Origin: Terriglobia bacterium | GTDB lineage: Bacteria; Acidobacteriota; Terriglobia; 20CM-2-55-15 | Direction of reading: 5' to 3' | DNA length: 64,000 bases | Assembly (NCBI GenBank): GCA_965247425.1 | Contig: OZ252023.1 | Location: 4,064,575-4,128,574 of the forward strand | In this document: piece after piece, positions 41,710 through 52,747 of the stretch | Position numbering within the stretch: position 1 is the stretch's first letter | How the letters are laid out: the number at the start of each line of letters is the position of its first letter | Program-made: the position numbers and the translations under genes | The notes under the pieces: model-generated | The model's database searches: none | Told to the model about the DNA's origin: nothing | What the model saw: only the letters and a program-made list of their open reading frames with translations

Positions 41710-42258
41710 CTATGGCACCGGCGGCTCCAGGGCCTGCAAGTCTTCAAGAGCCGCCCGGTCCCTGTCCAGGTCGATCCGGATCTGGGCTAACGCCGCTTCG
41801 GCCACGACCATCTGCACTTCAGCGGAGTTCTTTTCGGCCGCGGTGGTGACAGGGGCAACGAAGACATTTCGGATTCGGCTGATTTCCAGTTGCTGGCGGA
41901 CCTCCCGATCCTCGAGATCCTGAACGACTGACTGTTGCTCGGATACGTCGACCTCCCATGCAGCGCGTGTCTCTTCCGGGGTTGGAGCGGCCGGTTCATT
42001 GGGGGTCTCCAGATCCATGCCTTCGGAAGCACGGGCGCCTTCGCCCTCGGGCGATTCGGCGTCGACCGCTGGAGGCGGCACGACAAGTGGCGGCGCGGGA
42101 CGCAGATGAGAGTTCGTGAAGACGCGCCCCTCGACCGCCAGTCGAGCCACAGCGGTTTTCTCCCGACGCGCGCGTTCCTCGCGGGCCAGGTCGGCCAGAG
42201 ACTGGGCCTGGGCGTGGGCCGTCAGACAGAAAAACAGGATTGCTATCAGCGCTTTCAT
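41710..42258 (-). CDS. secreted coiled-coil-like hypothetical protein (paralog A)
   Basis: Start at MKALIAILFF. Signal peptide ending AQAQS, then the conserved motif SLADLAREERARR, shared with the 42531-43073 ORF. Confidence 0.5.
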   Translation of the reverse strand: MKALIAILFFCLTAHAQAQSLADLAREERARREKTAVARLAVEGRVFTNSHLRPAPPLVVPPPAVDAESPEGEGARASEGMDLETPNEPAAPTPEETRAAWEVDVSEQQSVVQDLEDREVRQQLEISRIRNVFVAPVTTAAEKNSAEVQMVVAEAALAQIRIDLDRDRAALEDLQALEPPVP

Positions 42259-42278
42259 GAGGGGTGCGGAATCACCTA

Positions 42279-42545
42279 AGTGGTCCCCGCCAGAGATAGC
42301 GTTACTAGATTTCGGAGTGCAACGGTACCGGATTTGGGGGAGCGACGACGAGGCCAATGCTTCGACATTGTAAGGAGGAGCGACGCCAAAGACGGTGCCG
42401 TTCCGCCCGAACCCGTAGGGCCGATGGAGGTTGCCCCTCATGAACGCCCAACACCGTCGAAAGCTCATACACACCACACGGTGGATTCCACCCATCAGTC
42501 CGCTCGCAACCTCCTTCGGAGATAGTAACGTTATCTCTGGCGGGG
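42279..42545. repeat. MITE-like element: 29-bp terminal inverted repeats (1 mismatch) flanking ~205 bp
   Basis: TAGTGGTCCCCGCCAGAGATAGCGTTACTA at 42279-42308. Its reverse complement (with A for G) is at 42516-42545, overlapping the last codons of paralog B. Confidence 0.5.
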
Positions 42546-43073
42546 ACCACTAGCGCCCGGGCCGCTCTCAAGGTCCGCCAGCTTTGCCCGTGTATCGGCC
42601 AGTTCCGCCCTCACCTCACCCAGCACACGCTCGGCGTCGTCAAGTTCCTCCTGCGCCTGGGCCCGGCCTGCGCTGCTCATGACAGGATTCGCCAGTTGGG
42701 CACGCAAACGGCCGATCTCCTGCTGGGTCGCAACCTCCATGCCCTCCAGGCTCTGGATCATCGTACGAAACAGATCGACGCCCGCTCCAACCACTTCCCT
42801 CCCCGACTCCACAATACCTGAATTCGCCAGCTCCTCAAGGCTACCCTGGAGGTCACCCAGAGCACCGATCAGTTCCTCGTTCGCCGCGGGATCGATGGCG
42901 ACCGGTGGAGGCGCTAGAAGCGCCTGAAGGGTCTGGTTGTTGAAGACTTTCCTCGCCGAAGTCCGGGTCGTCCGACGAGCCCGCTCCTCGCGGGCCAGAT
43001 CGGCCAGCGACTGGGCTTGCGCCGTCATCGCGAACAAGAGCGTTATAATCAGTACTCTAATCGAGAACTTCAT
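42531..43073 (-). CDS. secreted coiled-coil-like hypothetical protein (paralog B)
   Basis: MKFSIRVLIITLLFAMTAQAQSLADLAREERARR…; same N-terminal architecture as paralog A. Confidence 0.5.
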   Translation of the reverse strand: MKFSIRVLIITLLFAMTAQAQSLADLAREERARRTTRTSARKVFNNQTLQALLAPPPVAIDPAANEELIGALGDLQGSLEELANSGIVESGREVVGAGVDLFRTMIQSLEGMEVATQQEIGRLRAQLANPVMSSAGRAQAQEELDDAERVLGEVRAELADTRAKLADLESGPGASGPRQR

Positions 43074-43530
43074 GCCTCAAATTATACATTTCAAGTGTCG
43101 AGGATGTGAAACAGAACTGGAGGTGTCGCCCGAGGCCGCCGAAGATCTCGTCTGCGACGAGTGCGGACAGGAAGGGGGGTTACGCCTCGGATCAGGCTTT
43201 CGGTCCAGTCCCAGGATCGATACCTGTGCGGTGTGCGGACACGACAACCTGTACATTCAAAAAGATTTTAATCGTGCTTTGGGCCTGTTCATCGTTGTCC
43301 TGGGAGTCGGTCTGAGTATCTATTTTTTTGCTTGGGGCCGACCTTTCGCCGCGATGCTGGCTCTGGTCGGAATGGCAGCGGTCGACGCAGGCATATACCT
43401 CATGGTCGGAGATGTTGCCGTCTGCTACGCCTGTCATGCGATCTACAGGGGCTTCGATCGGAATCCTCAACACGCGCCGTTCGACCTGGAACTACTTGAA
43501 AAATACGGTGGGCGATCCCCGAGGCGGTAG
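43072..43530 (+). CDS. zinc-ribbon membrane protein (two CxxC pairs, two TM helices, C-terminal CxxC)
   Basis: MPQIIHFKCRGCETELEV…VCDECGQ…CAVCGHDNL. Start codon overlaps the start of paralog B on the opposite strand. Confidence 0.5.
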   Translation: MPQIIHFKCRGCETELEVSPEAAEDLVCDECGQEGGLRLGSGFRSSPRIDTCAVCGHDNLYIQKDFNRALGLFIVVLGVGLSIYFFAWGRPFAAMLALVGMAAVDAGIYLMVGDVAVCYACHAIYRGFDRNPQHAPFDLELLEKYGGRSPRR

Positions 43531-43686
43531 CTTGAACCACCCTCACGGCCTTAACCTGAAAATCAGTTTGTCAACCTTTTAACGAACCCTCGAACCCTTG
43601 AAAACCGGCCCTCTTTGCGATATCTTGAGCCGTTAACGGCCAGTACAGACTTCAACCGATTTCTTGCTTGAACAGAGAGTATTGCT

Positions 43687-44706
43687 GTGAAAACCATGAG
43701 GCCCCAGTCTGCGGTAGAAGATGCACAGCCGCCCTCCCGCGTGCCCAGCCCGGAGACGCTCACGGATCTGCTTTACTACATGAAGCTCACCCGAGAGCTT
43801 GAAGACCGAATCGAACGAAAACTGTACCGGCAGGGGAAGATCGTCGGGGGTGTCTACGTGGGTCGGGGCCAGGAGGCCATCGCCGTCGGAGCATGCATCG
43901 ATTCGGAAAAGGACGATGTGATTTGTGTGTCCCACCGCGACATGGGCGCTTTCCTGATTCGAGGAATGTCGCCCAGGGAAATCCTGGCCCAATATATGGG
44001 TCGCAAGACCGGGCCAACTCGCGGGAAAGACGCCAACATGCACATGGGGTCGATGAAATACAATCTCGTGGCCTTCGTCAGCATGCTCGGAGACAACGTT
44101 CCCGTCGCAGCCGGGGTCGGCTTGTCTTTCAAGATGCGCAACCAGAAGCAGGTGGCGCTCTGCTTCTTCGGAGACGGGGCGACCAGTCGCGGGGACTGGC
44201 ACGAGGGCATGAACATGGCAGCTGTCCTCAAGAGCCCGGTCGTCTACCTTTGCAACAACAACCAGTACGCGTATTCAACTCCCCTTGAACGGCAAATGGC
44301 AGTCGAGAACATCGCGGACCGAGCCGATGCTTACGGTATGCCCGGAGAAATCGTCGACGGAAACGACGTCACCGCGGTCTGGGAGGCGACAGCCCGGGCG
44401 GTCGAGCGCGCCCGCAACGGCGGTGGCCCCACGCTGATCGAATGCAAGACCTTCCGAATGACTGGGCATTCGGCACACGACGACGCCGGCTACGTCCCCC
44501 GTGAACTATTTGAATTCTGGGAAAAGCGCGACCCCATCAAGCGGCTCGAAGCCTCGCTCACCGAGCAGGGGCTGATGAACCAAGCCAAGATCGAGGCACT
44601 CGACAAGCGCATCGTCAAGGAGATCGACGACGCGGTGGCGATCGCGGAAAACGATCCCTTCCCGGACCCCGAAGATTGCCTCACAGACGTTTACTACGAA
44701 GATTGA
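43687..44706 (+). CDS. pdhA: 2-oxoacid dehydrogenase E1 component alpha subunit (PDH/BCKDH type, TPP-dependent)
   Basis: E1-alpha TPP-binding region (GDGATSRGDWHEGMNMAA...YLCNNNQYA). 339 aa. Confidence 0.8.
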   Translation: MKTMRPQSAVEDAQPPSRVPSPETLTDLLYYMKLTRELEDRIERKLYRQGKIVGGVYVGRGQEAIAVGACIDSEKDDVICVSHRDMGAFLIRGMSPREILAQYMGRKTGPTRGKDANMHMGSMKYNLVAFVSMLGDNVPVAAGVGLSFKMRNQKQVALCFFGDGATSRGDWHEGMNMAAVLKSPVVYLCNNNQYAYSTPLERQMAVENIADRADAYGMPGEIVDGNDVTAVWEATARAVERARNGGGPTLIECKTFRMTGHSAHDDAGYVPRELFEFWEKRDPIKRLEASLTEQGLMNQAKIEALDKRIVKEIDDAVAIAENDPFPDPEDCLTDVYYED

Positions 44707-44751
44707 CGGCGGAAGTCTCGGGCTACCCAGCAGAATCGAACTGATGTTTTT

Positions 44752-45726
44752 ATGGCACTGACAACTTACATCGAAGCGATCAAACAGGGAATATGGGAAG
44801 AAATGTCCAGCGACGAGCGTGTCTTCATCCTCGGAGAGGACGTCGGCATTTATGGCGGCGCGTTCAAGGTGACGGCGGGCATGCTGGAAGAATTTGGTGA
44901 AGCTCGGGTCATCGACACTCCGATTTCCGAGTCCGCGATCGTTGGGACCGCGATCGGCGCTGCGATGATGGGGATGCGCCCGATCGCGGAGATGCAGTTT
45001 GCGGATTTCATCTCCTGCGCCTTCGACCAGATCACGAACTTTGCAGCCAAATGCCGCTACCGCTGGGGTGCCGGGATACCAATCGTGATCCGGGGACCGA
45101 GCGGCGGGGGGGTCCATGGCGGACCGTTTCACTCCCAGAATCCGGAGATGTACTACGTCCACACCCCAGGTCTCAAAGTGGTGTGTCCGTCAACCGCCTA
45201 CGACGCCAAGGGCTTGATCAAGGCGGCGATTCGCGACCCGGACCCCGTGATCTACTTCGAGCACAAGTTTCTGTACCGCCGTATCAAAGAAGAGTTGCCC
45301 ACCGAAGACTACGTGGTTCCGATCGGAAAGGCGGCCGTTCGCCGCAACGGCAACGACATCTCGGTCATTACCTACGGCGCGATGGTGTTCCTGGCTCTGG
45401 ACGCGGCAAAGGAGCTCGAAAAGGAGGGTATCGATCTGGAAGTTGTCGACCTGCGATCGCTGCTCCCCTATGACAAGGAAGCAGTCCTCGAATCCGTTAA
45501 GAAAACCAACAAGGTGATCCTGTTGCACGAAGACACCAGGACAGGCGGGTTTGCGGGCGAACTGGCGGCGACGATTGCAGACGAGGCGTTTGAGTACCTG
45601 GACGGACCGATCCGGCGGATTACCGCACCGGACACACCGGTACCCTACAGTCCTCCCCTGGAAGAGTTCTTTCTTCCGAAAGTTTCCGACATCGTTCGGG
45701 TTGCCAGAGATTTGAACGCGTTTTAG
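44752..45726 (+). CDS. pdhB: 2-oxoacid dehydrogenase E1 component beta subunit
   Basis: Transketolase-like pyrimidine-binding and C-terminal domains. 324 aa. Confidence 0.8.
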   Translation: MALTTYIEAIKQGIWEEMSSDERVFILGEDVGIYGGAFKVTAGMLEEFGEARVIDTPISESAIVGTAIGAAMMGMRPIAEMQFADFISCAFDQITNFAAKCRYRWGAGIPIVIRGPSGGGVHGGPFHSQNPEMYYVHTPGLKVVCPSTAYDAKGLIKAAIRDPDPVIYFEHKFLYRRIKEELPTEDYVVPIGKAAVRRNGNDISVITYGAMVFLALDAAKELEKEGIDLEVVDLRSLLPYDKEAVLESVKKTNKVILLHEDTRTGGFAGELAATIADEAFEYLDGPIRRITAPDTPVPYSPPLEEFFLPKVSDIVRVARDLNAF

Positions 45727-45730
45727 TCTA

Positions 45731-46002
45731 GGAGCCCGTGGTGGAAGTCTGTAGGGTCGCGCGCAGGGGTATTCGGGTCACAGGCGCGAAATGAGGAGCG
45801 GAACGATGCTTTGTCATCGTGACCGACGAATGACAAAGCCTGTGGGCCGAAGACCCCTGCGCCCTACGGGTTACGACGGCATGGGGCCAGCTGCGGCGTT
45901 GCCACTCCTAGATCGATGGGAAGCATCGACGTCGTCGTGGCGCCTTGCATCTAGCCCCATGGCGCTCGTAACGCGACCCTACAGACTTCCACCACGGGCT
46001 CC
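45731..46002. repeat. MITE-like/structured element: perfect 31-bp terminal inverted repeats flanking ~210 bp, with nested internal palindromes
   Basis: GGAGCCCGTGGTGGAAGTCTGTAGGGTCGCG at 45731-45761. Its exact reverse complement is at 45972-46002. Inner pairs GCGCAGGGGT/ACCCCTGCGC, GCTTTGTCAT/ATGACAAAGC and GTTACGACGGCATGGGGC/GCCCCATGGCGCTCGTAAC. Confidence 0.55.
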
Positions 46003-46099
46003 TGGGAACGACGCGGCACGACCTCATCGTGGAAACAGTCAAAACGACTGCGCGGCCGCGAAAACTCCCGGCCGCCCACACTGACACAGGATCCAATTC

Positions 46100-47362
46100 A
46101 TGCCTGACACAAAAGTGATCATGCCCCAGATGGGCGAAAGTATCTTTGAAGGGACGCTCACACGCTGGTTGAAGAACAAGGGCGACCAGATTGAGCGTGA
46201 CGAGCCGCTTTTCGAAATCTCGACGGACAAAGTGGATTCCGAGATACCGGCGCCGGCGGCGGGAGTTCTCAAGGACGTTCTTGTCGAGGAAGGCCAGACA
46301 GTAGAAATCAACACGGTGGTCGCCTGGATCGGGGAGCCCGGGGACGAAGCCGTGGAAACCGCTCCGAGCCAGGCTGAGACCACTGGAAACGGTGACGGCA
46401 GTGCCGCGGTAAGGGACGAGACCCCAGAGTTGGCAGCGGCTCCGGCCGCGAAGGCGGCCAGTGCGAGTGCAGGCACCGCGGGCGTTCGATCATCACCGCT
46501 GGTTCGTCGTATCGCGCGTGAGCACGGAATCGACCTGGCGACGATCTCGGAGAAGGGCACCGGCGTCGGTGGACGGATCACCAAACGTGACATCTTGAGT
46601 TACATCGAACAGGGCGCCCCACAGAAAGCGGCTCCCGTGGCGCCGCAAGCCGCACCGGCGGCCCCGGCTCCCGCGTTCAAAGGCCCGGCCGAGCGCAAGA
46701 AGATGACGGCGATGAGGCGGTCGATCGCTGAACACATGGTTACGAGTCGCCGCACCTCGGCACATGTCGCCACAGTGTTTGAAGTCGATTGTTCCGCAGT
46801 GATGAGGGCGCGCGCCGTCCTGAAACCGGAGTTTGAACGGTCGGGCGTAAATCTGACCGTGACGCCGTTCTTCATCCAGGCGGCGGTCCGGGCCATCCAG
46901 AAGTTCCCGATCGTCAATTCATCCATCGATGGAGACACGGTCGTCTACAAACGCGACATCAATGTCGGTATCGCCGTGGCGTTGGAATGGGGCCTGATCG
47001 TACCGGTGGTCAAGAACGCGGACGAGAAGAACCTGCTGGGGCTGGCCCGTTCGCTGAATGATCTGGGCGAGCGAGCGCGGACAAAAAAGCTAAAACCCGA
47101 GGAGGTTCAGGACGGCACGTTCACCATCACCAACCCGGGCAACTTTGGCGGCCTGTTCGGCCTTCCCATCATCAACCAGCCGCAGGTTGCGATACTGGGA
47201 TTGGGCGGCATCGAGAAGCGCGCCGTCGTCATCGATGACGCCATCGCGATTCGGCCCATGGTGTACCTGTCGTTGTCGTTCGACCATCGTTCGATCGATG
47301 GAGCCGTGGCCGACCAGTTTATGGCCGAGATCAAGCACACTCTGGAAAACTGGCAAGCATAA
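46100..47362 (+). CDS. 2-oxoacid dehydrogenase E2 component (dihydrolipoamide acyltransferase)
   Basis: Lipoyl domain (…EISTDKVDSEIPAP…). E3-binding domain. Catalytic DHRSIDGA. Confidence 0.85.
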   Translation: MPDTKVIMPQMGESIFEGTLTRWLKNKGDQIERDEPLFEISTDKVDSEIPAPAAGVLKDVLVEEGQTVEINTVVAWIGEPGDEAVETAPSQAETTGNGDGSAAVRDETPELAAAPAAKAASASAGTAGVRSSPLVRRIAREHGIDLATISEKGTGVGGRITKRDILSYIEQGAPQKAAPVAPQAAPAAPAPAFKGPAERKKMTAMRRSIAEHMVTSRRTSAHVATVFEVDCSAVMRARAVLKPEFERSGVNLTVTPFFIQAAVRAIQKFPIVNSSIDGDTVVYKRDINVGIAVALEWGLIVPVVKNADEKNLLGLARSLNDLGERARTKKLKPEEVQDGTFTITNPGNFGGLFGLPIINQPQVAILGLGGIEKRAVVIDDAIAIRPMVYLSLSFDHRSIDGAVADQFMAEIKHTLENWQA

Positions 47363-47384
47363 GGATCGAGGTGCGGTGAGCGCC

Positions 47385-47571
47385 CCTAGGAGCCTGCGCG
47401 GCAGAAGGGATCGTAGAGAGAAAGTGGAGAATCGAGGACAGATTCCCTCGACTGTGAGGCATTTTCTCGATTTTGAGGCGAATAGTGGGTCTATTTAACG
47501 AAAAATCGGGGGAATATGGACCGATTCCTACCGCTTTCGCAGTAGATTCCTTCTGCCGCGCAGGCTCCTAG
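47385..47571. repeat. MITE-like element: perfect 22-bp terminal inverted repeats flanking ~140 bp; right arm ends 3 nt before the cysE ATG
   Basis: TAGGAGCCTGCGCGGCAGAAGG at 47387-47408. Its reverse complement is at 47549-47570. Shares the terminal CTAGGAGCC with the 45731 element. Confidence 0.5.
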
Positions 47572-47573
47572 AC

Positions 47574-48491
47574 ATGCGGGAACATCTCAAGAAACGCGGC
47601 GAGATTCGCAGCATCACCGAGGGCATTCTCAAGACCTACGGAACGCTGGACCCAAAACTCCAGCACCTGGAAGTCAATCCCCTTCCCGACAAACATTCTG
47701 TCATCAACATCCTCGATGACATTCTCGAGGTCATCTATCCCGGATACTTCGGTGCCAAACACCTCGAGGAATCGAACATCGAGTATCACCTCGGGGACCT
47801 TCTCGACTCCATCTATTCCAGGCTGTGTGAAGAAATCTACCGCAGTGTGAGGCCGGAGTGCGCCCACGAGGACGATCCCTGCAAACACTGCTACGAGATT
47901 GCGGAAGACCAGACGCTGGCCCTGCTGCACGGAATCCCGGCGTTACGCCGGCAGCTTGCAGAGGATGTCCAGGCCGGCTACGACGGCGACCCGGCCGCCA
48001 AGAGCACCGACGAGGTAATTTTCGCCTACCCTGCGATCTATACGATCAGCGTGTATCGCATCGCTCACGAACTCAGCAACAACGGCATCCCGCTGCTCCC
48101 GCGCATCATGACCGAGTATGCACACTCGCGGACGGGGATCGACGTCCATCCCGGAGCCACCATAGGCAGAAGGTTCTTCATCGACCACGGCACCGGTGTA
48201 GTGATTGGAGAGACAACGATCATCGGCGACAACGTCAAGATCTACCAGGGCGTGACGATCGGCGCACTGAGCTTCGCCAAGGACGAGGAAGGCCAAATGG
48301 TCAGAGGCAAGAAACGGCACCCCACGATCGGAAACAACGTCGTGATCTACTCCGGAGCAACGATCCTCGGCGGCGACACCACAATCGGCGAAGGCTCCGT
48401 CATCGGCGGCAACGTCTGGCTGACCCGCTCGGTCCCCCCACGGACAAGGGTGATCATCTCTGAACCGGAGTTGGTCATCGACCCCAAGTAG
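47574..48491 (+). CDS. cysE: serine O-acetyltransferase
   Basis: SATase N-domain plus left-handed beta-helix hexapeptide repeats (GIDVHPGATIGRRFFIDHGTGVVIGETTIIGDNV…). Confidence 0.8.
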   Translation: MREHLKKRGEIRSITEGILKTYGTLDPKLQHLEVNPLPDKHSVINILDDILEVIYPGYFGAKHLEESNIEYHLGDLLDSIYSRLCEEIYRSVRPECAHEDDPCKHCYEIAEDQTLALLHGIPALRRQLAEDVQAGYDGDPAAKSTDEVIFAYPAIYTISVYRIAHELSNNGIPLLPRIMTEYAHSRTGIDVHPGATIGRRFFIDHGTGVVIGETTIIGDNVKIYQGVTIGALSFAKDEEGQMVRGKKRHPTIGNNVVIYSGATILGGDTTIGEGSVIGGNVWLTRSVPPRTRVIISEPELVIDPK

Positions 48492-48552
48492 CGAAACCCG
48501 AACCTGACATTCAGGCCTGAACCGAAACTGCCTTCATTTCGAAACGTTGTTT

Positions 48553-48634
48553 TGACGCAGAGGCCCAGAGACGCAGAGAAAGTCTTTCTCAGGTCCCTCC
48601 CGGAAAAAAGTTCTTCTCTGCGCCTCTGCGTCAA
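48553..48634. repeat. REP-like palindromic repeat (copy A), nested inside a larger palindrome (48511-48672) at the cysE/thiC convergent junction
   Basis: GACGCAGAGGCCCAGAGACGCAGAGAA … TTCTCTGCGCCTCTGCGTC. Outer arms GGCCTGAACCGAAA / TTTCGGTTCAGGCC. Confidence 0.5.
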
Positions 48635-48672
48635 ACAAAATTATCGGACTGCCGAAGTTTTCGGTTCAGGCC

Positions 48673-50714
<2,042 letters not shown>

Positions 50715-50831
50715 TGTTTGGCCACATGATGACTACTTGACTTCGGCCGGAACGCAAGCGCGCTTCCAGCCAGGCGGGGGACAGGCCTCACCGCAACCCG
50801 TTTTACCAGCGAGGCCTGAAGTGAAATCAGT

Positions 50832-51176
50832 CTATGTGCTGAACGATTCGCCGCATCCACACGTGCTGGTCACGGTCGGGTTGTTGAACTTGAAGCCGGC
50901 GCCATGGAGTCCTTCGACGTAGTCCACCTCGGTCCCCTCCATGTGGAGCAGGCTCGACCTGTCGACCAGGACCTTCAATCCGTCGAACTCAAACACTTGA
51001 TCGGTTTCTTCGTTGTAGCTCTTATCAAATCCCATCTTGTACTGGTAGCCGGAACACCCGCCACCGACGACCTGGATCCTCAAACCCGCATATTCTTCGG
51101 GCTGATCCGCCATGATGGCCTTGACCTTTTCCTCTGCCTTCGCAGTCAGTGTAATTGTCGTAGTTTGAACTGCCAT
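50832..51176 (-). CDS. erpA: iron-sulfur cluster insertion protein ErpA/IscA (HesB family)
   Basis: 114 aa with C-terminal CGCGESF. Confidence 0.85.
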   Translation of the reverse strand: MAVQTTTITLTAKAEEKVKAIMADQPEEYAGLRIQVVGGGCSGYQYKMGFDKSYNEETDQVFEFDGLKVLVDRSSLLHMEGTEVDYVEGLHGAGFKFNNPTVTSTCGCGESFST

Positions 51177-51193
51177 TCTTCCCCCCTTATTTT

Positions 51194-51691
51194 CTACTCG
51201 CCCCCGACACCCATCACCTGCAACCGCACGATCCTCTCACGGGGACCGTCGAGCTCTCCCATAATCACGCTTTGCCATTCCCCGAGGACGACGTTACCGT
51301 CCGCGACGGGAAGCGCGATGTGGGTTCCCAGAGCGAGCGTCCGCAGGTGTGAATCGGCGTTGTTGCGATCACAGTCGGACCACTCCGGATCATTGTGGCG
51401 ATAATAACCGCTCTGGCTGATCAGGTTCTCAATGTGGGTTTTGATGTCAAACAGTAATGCATCCTGCCATTCATTTATAAAGATGGCGCTCGTCGTGTGC
51501 ATGGACGCAATGATCACCTGGCCGGCGAGCACTCCCGAAGACCGGACAAAGTCCTGCACCTGCTCGCTCAGATTGTGCAGCTCAAGCCGATCTCGGGTCT
51601 GGACCTTCATGGTAGTGCTGACGACTCGATATGGCCCTGAAGCAACTTCAACGTCGGACTGGTCTAGAGCTTTCGCGGAGACGGAAGCCAT
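51194..51691 (-). CDS. YjbQ/UPF0047-family protein (secondary thiamine-phosphate synthase-like)
   Basis: Conserved HTTSAIFINE and VLGEWQSVIMGELDGPRER. Start chosen at the Met preceded by GAGAAGGGG. The ORF-track N-extension is probably not translated. Confidence 0.6.
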   Translation of the reverse strand: MASVSAKALDQSDVEVASGPYRVVSTTMKVQTRDRLELHNLSEQVQDFVRSSGVLAGQVIIASMHTTSAIFINEWQDALLFDIKTHIENLISQSGYYRHNDPEWSDCDRNNADSHLRTLALGTHIALPVADGNVVLGEWQSVIMGELDGPRERIVRLQVMGVGGE

Positions 51692-52026
51692 ATGTCTTAA
51701 CCCCTTCTCATAAGGTTCTGTTCGAACGACCTGTGATTTAAACTCAAGCGTCTCCTCTTCGCGCTTCGTCTCCGCCTCCCGAAGAACTGCGCGCGAACGC
51801 CCTGAACTCTTACCAAGGGTCGTCAAGGTTGATACAACGAGGCATTATACCAAAGTTTCGGGGGTGTTTGGAGCCGCCAACTCGCACTTCTCACCGGCTG
51901 TCGTTCTACGACTCGTCTGGGCCGACAACAAATTTCGACTTGAATGACCGGCGGACAACAGGGACAATCCATTTTCAGGCTAAAATAGCCATCAGAACCG
52001 ACAAGTTCCGCGTTCGAGGAGGGGAT

Positions 52027-52542
52027 TTGCTCACATACCTACTGATCGGGATTCCGGTTGTCGTCATCGGCGGCCTGATTTATGCGACCAGGAAACAGTC
52101 GAGGATCACGGCAGATTTCGCGAGTGTCGAACCGGATCTCGACTTGACCTTTCGCACTCCGGACTGGACGGAAACCAGTTCGGAACAAACGAAGGACTCC
52201 GCGCTGGCGGAGTTAGTGGACCAGGCCAGGGACCCGAAGCTCGCCCAGATGAGCGAAAAGGATCTCATCATGGAGGTTCTCAAAGAATGCTACGACCCGG
52301 AAATCCCCCTCAACATCGTGGACCTGGGCCTCATCTACGACATTGAGGTGAAAAAAGACGCCATCAACGTCCGCATGTCCCTGACGGCGCCCGGCTGCCC
52401 CTCAAGTCAGGAAATCAGCCAGGACATCCGAGCCAAACTGGAAGAAGCCGGTTTCCAAAACCCCAAAATTGAACTGGTCTGGGATCCTCCGTGGTCGGCG
52501 CATCGCATCTCGGAATACGGGAAGAAGCAACTCGGCCTGTAG
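52027..52542 (+). CDS. DUF59/SufT-like Fe-S assembly domain protein with an N-terminal TM anchor (TTG start; alternative ATG at 52249)
   Basis: C-terminal MSEKDLIMEVLKECYDPEIPLNIVDLGLIYDI…WDPPWS = MIP18/DUF59. Strong SD AGGAGGGG 4-5 nt before the TTG. AT-rich non-coding sequence lies upstream. Confidence 0.5.
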   Translation: MLTYLLIGIPVVVIGGLIYATRKQSRITADFASVEPDLDLTFRTPDWTETSSEQTKDSALAELVDQARDPKLAQMSEKDLIMEVLKECYDPEIPLNIVDLGLIYDIEVKKDAINVRMSLTAPGCPSSQEISQDIRAKLEEAGFQNPKIELVWDPPWSAHRISEYGKKQLGL

Positions 52543-52597
52543 ACGAGTCGAGCCTTGGCCGTACATTCCGGTGTGCCGGCACAGTTCTTAGACGTAA

Positions 52598-52676
52598 AGG
52601 CGCAGAGACGCAAAGGGATCCTTTCTTATCTGAGCCAGCAAAGATTGTCTTCTCTGCGTCTTTGCGCCTCTGCGTT
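52598..52676. repeat. REP-like palindromic repeat (copy B)
   Basis: AGGCGCAGAGACGCAAAG … TCTTCTCTGCGTCTTTGCGCCTCTGCGTT. Shares the right-arm core TCTTCTCTGCG…CCTCTGCGT with copy A. Confidence 0.5.
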
Positions 52677-52747
52677 GAAGTCCCTTCCATAAAAAAAGGC
52701 GACCCCTTGCGGGATCGCCTTCAGTTAAAACTTTCAGCTGGGCTGGT

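Noticed and set aside
51829-52026. N-terminal 66 codons of ORF 51829-52542
   Set aside because: AT-rich, non-coding-like region upstream of a strong SD + TTG; treated as 5' UTR/promoter rather than coding.
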